Positions 59,310-64,000 of a stretch of 64,000 bases of DNA are shown one piece after another (position 1 is the stretch's first letter; each line of letters opens with the position of its first letter). Location: positions 128,001-192,000 of the forward strand of contig CAWETW010000004.1 in assembly GCA_963812155.1 (NCBI GenBank). Direction: 5' to 3'. The DNA is from Vulcanimicrobiota bacterium (GTDB lineage: Bacteria > Vulcanimicrobiota > Vulcanimicrobiia > Vulcanimicrobiales > Vulcanimicrobiaceae). The notes under the pieces were generated by a model. That model ran no database searches and was not told the origin of the DNA. It saw only the letters and a program-made list of their open reading frames with translations. The position numbers and the translations under genes were made by a program.

Positions 59310-59973
59310 TCAGGCGACCTGGCGCTGCAGGAGGTGCATGGAGCCGATGGGCCTGAAGGTCGCATCCAAGAAGCTCCGTACGCTTGCCGCGTTGCCCGGG
59401 CTGACGCATGCGACTACCAGGGATCCACAGGGGGGAAGGGCGAGCGCTGCCTCCACGAGCGCCGCGGCCTTCCCCACGCCCGCGTCGGTCCGCCTCGAGG
59501 CCTCGATACTCAACTCGGGCAGCCCAGCGACGCCGCGTGCGAGGATCGCCACGGCGGACCGGTCGGGGTCGTCGAAACCGTACACGTCGAGATCGTCCCT
59601 GAAGTTCGCCGCGATCCTCACTCTCGGATGGCTGAGCAGATCGCGTCGTGGGACGAGCTTGCCGCTGCCACCGCCTCCCCGGCCACGAGCTACGAACAGA
59701 AGGTCGAGGCAACCGATCCGGGACCCCGGCCCAGCGATGGCGGTAATGAGCCGGGGGTCGTGAGCGCCCCCGTACCCGTTCGCACCGACTTCCCCGCAGC
59801 CTGTCGTCGGTGATGTCGTCACCGAGACAGAAGACGGCGTGCGCCGTGAAAGCGACGACGGCTTCAAGCCCTGAGCGCCACCGGGGCGCGCGACTCCAAC
59901 CGCCGTCGGGTTTAGGAAACCGTCCCTGGTCTGCGTCCTCGATGACCTTGGCGAGCCGGTGTACGGGGTTCAT
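59310..59973 (-). CDS. GNAT-like hypothetical protein (actinobacterial type), frameshifted
   Basis: GRFPKPDG, VVAFTAHAV, HPRVR.A...RDD, RGVAGLPELSIE, VSPGNAASVRSFL..TFRPIG. Confidence 0.65.
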
Positions 59974-60185
59974 ACGGGAGCGATGTTACCAATCCGTTCG
60001 CGGTGCAGAACGCCCACGTCGATGAGAAGAATATGCGTGCTGATTATGGCCTGTCGTACAAGCAAAGTTGGCGGGCATCCCGGCGGCAAGAATCCGTCGA
60101 CGGCGCGCCCGCTTCACCTGTTCGAGGTGTTCTGTGTGCCAGTTCTGGGGGCATCCCTGATTCGCAAAATCCGGTCGTCCTAAGA

Positions 60186-61004
60186 ATGACGCGGAAAGCG
60201 TATCCGAACGCCGGGTCGGTGACCGTCTCCGCGCACGAACTATCGTTGAGCCGGATGGCGGAGACTCCACGCCAAGTAATTCGACGGCCCGACGGCCAGC
60301 CGTATTCTCCCGGCACCCTCACCGAGACCGTCTACGTGTTGAAGTCGACCGATCAGTGGCTTCCTGACGAGGGTCCAGACGGTGCCATCTGGTCCGGCGG
60401 CCACGGCCGCATCAAGAGCAACCAGCACCCCGCCCGATACATCCTCGACACCGACGGGACGGTCCTCCGTCCGCCGCTACCAGGCGGTGAAGACGTTCGC
60501 GGACCAACTATCTCGCGGCGCATGACCGGGCGACGAGCTCAGCGACGAACTCGGCGACAAGCTCAGCTCATTGCCTGCGCTCAGGCAGTGGCCGAGCTGG
60601 CCGAGCATCGGGAAATCCAACCCCTCCGGGTCCACGACGTCGAACACGACCTGGAGATTCACGCCGTCTTGGGCGCCATCGTGAGGCGCTGGAAGACCCC
60701 GGCCAGCTACATCAGCACCGCCGCGGTGAACATGCCGAGAAAGGAGCTGCACCTGGAACACGTCGTCCCGATCCGGGTCCTGGTGGACCGGATGATCATG
60801 GACCCGACCGAGTGTCAGGAGCTGCTCGAGACGGCGGTGGTCATCGCCCGCGTCACGCCGGCCGAACACCGGGAGCTGGGTGGCATCTTCACGCACACCC
60901 AGGAGCTGTACGGCCGGATGCTCAAGGCGCCTGTCTCGGAGCTGCCGGACCTTGGGTGGGAGCGGTACCCAGGGACCTCGATCACAGTCCAGCCGACGTC
61001 GTAG
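60186..61004 (+). CDS. Hypothetical protein with HNH-like EHVVP...T..EH motif
   Basis: Long intact ORF; LHLEHVVPI...RVTPAEHREL; start uncertain (60003, 60186 or 60255). Confidence 0.6.
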   Translation: MTRKAYPNAGSVTVSAHELSLSRMAETPRQVIRRPDGQPYSPGTLTETVYVLKSTDQWLPDEGPDGAIWSGGHGRIKSNQHPARYILDTDGTVLRPPLPGGEDVRGPTISRRMTGRRAQRRTRRQAQLIACAQAVAELAEHREIQPLRVHDVEHDLEIHAVLGAIVRRWKTPASYISTAAVNMPRKELHLEHVVPIRVLVDRMIMDPTECQELLETAVVIARVTPAEHRELGGIFTHTQELYGRMLKAPVSELPDLGWERYPGTSITVQPTS

Positions 61005-61420
61005 TTACCGTGCGCCTGATTGAGGGCCTCTCATGTGCCGGTCGGAGGCGCGCCAGAACTGCCGATTCGCGCCTCGACCCCGACACCACCGTCTGAGCCC
61101 TCGACCGACGCCGGATTCGGCGATCACGGATTCCTGGTCTAAACAAACGAGTTTTCGGCTCGTGCGAACATGGTACGCCAGAAGCTCAATGACAATCACT
61201 GGTCGCACATTCGGTATCGCGTATCAAACAAGATCGGTGGACCTGACCGCGGCGCGAACCGTCGATCTGGTCGGATTCTGATCCTAGAATAAGGCATTTT
61301 CAGCGGCGCAGAAGCGGCAGTTATGCCGGTGATCCTGGCAAGTAGATCCGGGATATGCCGGTGATCCGTGGGCGATTTTAGCCTGTCGTCGGCAACGCCC
61401 AGGACCACCGGTCGATCGGG

Positions 61421-61738
61421 TCAGGGCCCAGGGGCTACCTCCGTTCCGTACTCGTAATGTCGCCGGGCGTCAGCGGCGCTGAGGCCAAGCTGAGCGCCGA
61501 TCGTCGACCATGGCACCGACTGGTCCCGGGCGGCGGCCACGACTTGGGCGATCCTGGCCTCGACCTGAGCCGAAAGGCTCGCTAAGGCATGGAGTTCTGC
61601 GCCGGCATCACCGACCCACATCGGCGAGCGCAGGATGGTGAGGCTGACGACGGCCTCGTCGAGCACGGCAGCAGAACACTCGTCGATGAGGGGCCGGGCG
61701 GGGTAAGCCCGGCGGGGGTCGTCGGTGCCCCGGCTCAC
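61421..61738 (-). CDS. Small helical/HTH-like hypothetical protein
   Basis: GGAGG RBS; VAAARDQ.VPW.TIG.QLGLS...ARRHY. Confidence 0.65.
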   Translation of the reverse strand: MSRGTDDPRRAYPARPLIDECSAAVLDEAVVSLTILRSPMWVGDAGAELHALASLSAQVEARIAQVVAAARDQSVPWSTIGAQLGLSAADARRHYEYGTEVAPGP

Positions 61739-62096
61739 GACTTAGCCTCCTCCACGCCGGCGACCAGGCGCTCGTAGAGCTGAGCGCTCCTGTAGCGAGT
61801 GCGGTGGGCCAGCGCCGGCGCAGTTCCGACCAGAGAGGGCAACGTGTTCGGCTCGCTGCGCCCAACGCCGTCACAGCCGTCTACGGAAGTCGAGGCTTGG
61901 CCCAGAGGTGCCAACCCGAGAGTCGGCTCGGTCTCCCGACTGCATCGCCCGGCCTGTTCCTGTCCCGATGTTGGAGGGCCAAATGGTACGACAAAACGCC
62001 GTGGAGCCCGGATAATAGGCTGCTGGCAGGAAGTGTGCTCAGCGCCTTCTCAAACTCTGTGTACCACGCAAGGCCCCGGCGTTACCCCCGCCACCG

Positions 62097-63322
62097 CTAC
62101 GGCCCGTACTGCCAGAGCCCGGGAGCCCAAGCTGTGATAGCGGCGACCGGTGCGTCGGGGGTACCAGCACGCCCATAGTCCTGGGCATTGCCGAAGCCGA
62201 ACACACCCCCCTGTGACGCGCTGGCCATCCAGTAGCCCTTGTCGTCAGGGGTTAGGGCGATCCCCACGATGTCGCTCACCCGGATGTGCTCACCCGGCAG
62301 GGAGCCGTAGAACTTGACCCCGGTGCCGAAGGTGAAGACCCCCCCGTCGGCGCCGACGAGGGCGTAGCCCGTCCCCGTGTGACGACAAGATGGCGTCCCG
62401 GATGTTCTTCACGTGGATCCCCAGGCCGGGCAACGAGCCGTGAAAATGGGCCGTGCCGAAGGTGAACACGCCACCGTCCCAGCCCACGAGCAAGTAGCCG
62501 TGCCCGTCGGCGAGGCCACCATGCCGACGATGTGCTCGGTGCGGATGCCGATGCCGGGCATCGAGCCGTAGAACTTGGCGTCACCGAAAGTGAAGAAACC
62601 GCCGTCTGCGCCCACCAAGTAGTAGCCCTTGAAGTCGGGGGTGGCGGTGATGGCGACGATGTCCGAGACGTGCTTGCCCAGGGCGGGCAGGTCCCCGTAG
62701 GACTTGGCGTCGCCGAAGGCGCTCACGCCGCCGTTGGCCGTCGCCACCCAGTAGCCCTTCCCGTCAGCGGTGCTCGCCATGCCCACGACCGGCCCGCTGG
62801 CGGCTGAGGTAGTCGGCGTCCCCGAGCGGCTTGGCGTCCTCGTAACCGAGGACACGGCCGTTGGCTGTGGCCAGCCAGAACGAAGGGCGGTAGACATACA
62901 GAGGCGACGCCGTTCGTCGCAACCGACGGGGCAAAGACACCAAAGCCGTTGTAGTTGCAGGGCATGCCCGGCGTTGGGCGCGATACGCTGCGGTGCACGT
63001 CGCGGCGCCGGTAACGGTGTTGACGGGTTTGGGGCCGCCGCATTCGTGGGTGAAAGTCACCGTGCCCCCGTTGGGTACGGGGCTCACAGTGGCTGTGAGC
63101 GTCACCGGCTGGCCCTAGGAACACCGCGTTGGGCGACACGGACAGGGTCGTGGTCGTCTTGGTGGTGGCGAAGACGAACGTCACGTGCTGGACGGCATCG
63201 GGGGCGACCCCGTTTGTCGCCGTGACGGTCACCGTGTAGGTGCCTGCGGCGCTCGGGGGCGACGACCCGGTGATCAGCGCTCCGCCGAAGATGTTCGGCG
63301 TAAAGGTCAACCCCGGTGGCAG
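62097..63322 (-). pseudogene. 3' part of a surface protein with Ig-like domains and TxDGKGYW..DGGVF.FG repeats; frameshifted and 5'-truncated
   Basis: LPPGLTF...AGTYTVTVTATNG, TTTTTL, repeated VVGMASTADGKGYWV / TPDFKGYYLVGADGGFFTFGDAKFYGS. Confidence 0.8.
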
Positions 63323-63638
63323 GGGCGCACCAAGAAAGAGATCATCCGGGTGCTCAAGCGCTACATCGCCCGCCAGGTTTACCCCTACGTCATCGCCGCC
63401 GTCTAAAACGGCGCTCGCTCTGGCGACGGGCCTGGCCCGAGAATCGGCTGACAGCCCCCGGCTTGTCCTTAGAACGATTTGCCGGCCCGCCGCCAACACC
63501 CCTCTCATGACCTCGTCGACGGGGACTGCTGGCCTACTAAGAGCTTGCCTTTATGGCCCATCCCTGTCTTGCCGCATCCCCCGTCGACGACCAACCAGGA
63601 AGACCCGAAAATGACCCCTTGACATTCCTAGGAGCATC
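63320..63638 (+). mobile_element. IS110-family remnant: transposase C-terminus plus right end
   Basis: QGRTKKEIIRVLKRYIARQVY* (stop 63406); end CTTGACATTCCTAGGAGCATC resembles actinobacterial IS110 termini. Confidence 0.75.
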
Positions 63639-64000
63639 GATCCCGGATTCCTGGCCTAGACAAACCAGGTTTAGACGCTTGTCCACATAATGTTCGAAAG
63701 TACAACGATAATCGGGTCGCTCGTTATGTCCCGGCTCACCGAGTGGATTCGCCGAGGCTAAGCGATCCCGAGCCGTCGATATCTCAAGTCCTTCTGGATA
63801 TGTCCTCGCCGATGTTATGCGTGGATCTTGGTCCCGGCGAGGACGCGTTATCTGAGGTTGTCTTCGGCGTAGTTGCTGTCGCTTTGTTGGTTGGTCAGCT
63901 CCAGCCTTCGGGCTGTACGATGCGTGGTGGACCGTGGCCTAGAGTCGAACGCCCGCCCCATGGGTACTGCGCGCTGGCGCCCGGCCCGTTCAGCAGCCCC

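Noticed and set aside
1..64000. CRISPR array, rRNA, and the many long Arg/Ala-rich overlapping ORFs in the ORF track
   Set aside because: No regularly spaced repeats or rRNA-like sequence seen; the overlapping ORFs are stop-poor shadow frames expected at high GC.

Overview
The window has two parts. Bases 1 to ~49,864 are GC-rich bacterial chromosome with housekeeping clusters: rpsF-ssb, rpsR-rplI-lonC-dnaB, secD-secF-helicase, apt, rel, fliP/Q/R-flhB-flhA, glnA, msrAB, tRNA-Thr and many secreted lipoproteins. Gene order and style suggest Eremiobacterota/Vulcanimicrobiota, which is inference only. At ~49,864 fliP is cut off and the sequence switches to actinobacterial-style accessory DNA: oriT-mobC-MOBP relaxase, TetR/NmrA/SnoaL, an Acidimicrobiia-type repeat surface protein and an IS110 remnant. 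This join is most likely a contig join or chimera. Many genes carry single-base frameshifts typical of an unpolished long-read assembly. The best candidate for an undescribed system is at 24,797-25,760: a sigma70 promoter, a Tyr-Tyr-Tyr leader peptide and mutually exclusive protector/antiterminator/terminator hairpins sit in front of a lone heme-oxygenase-like diiron (PqqC/CADD-fold) enzyme. That arrangement suggests an unrecognised enzyme of tyrosine supply. Other notable items are a covarying structured intergenic repeat in 3 copies, a FolK-MptA fusion, metF inside the flagellar export operon, a HIRAN-RecQ-like helicase at the usual recJ position, and a split rpsF-ssb / rpsR operon.
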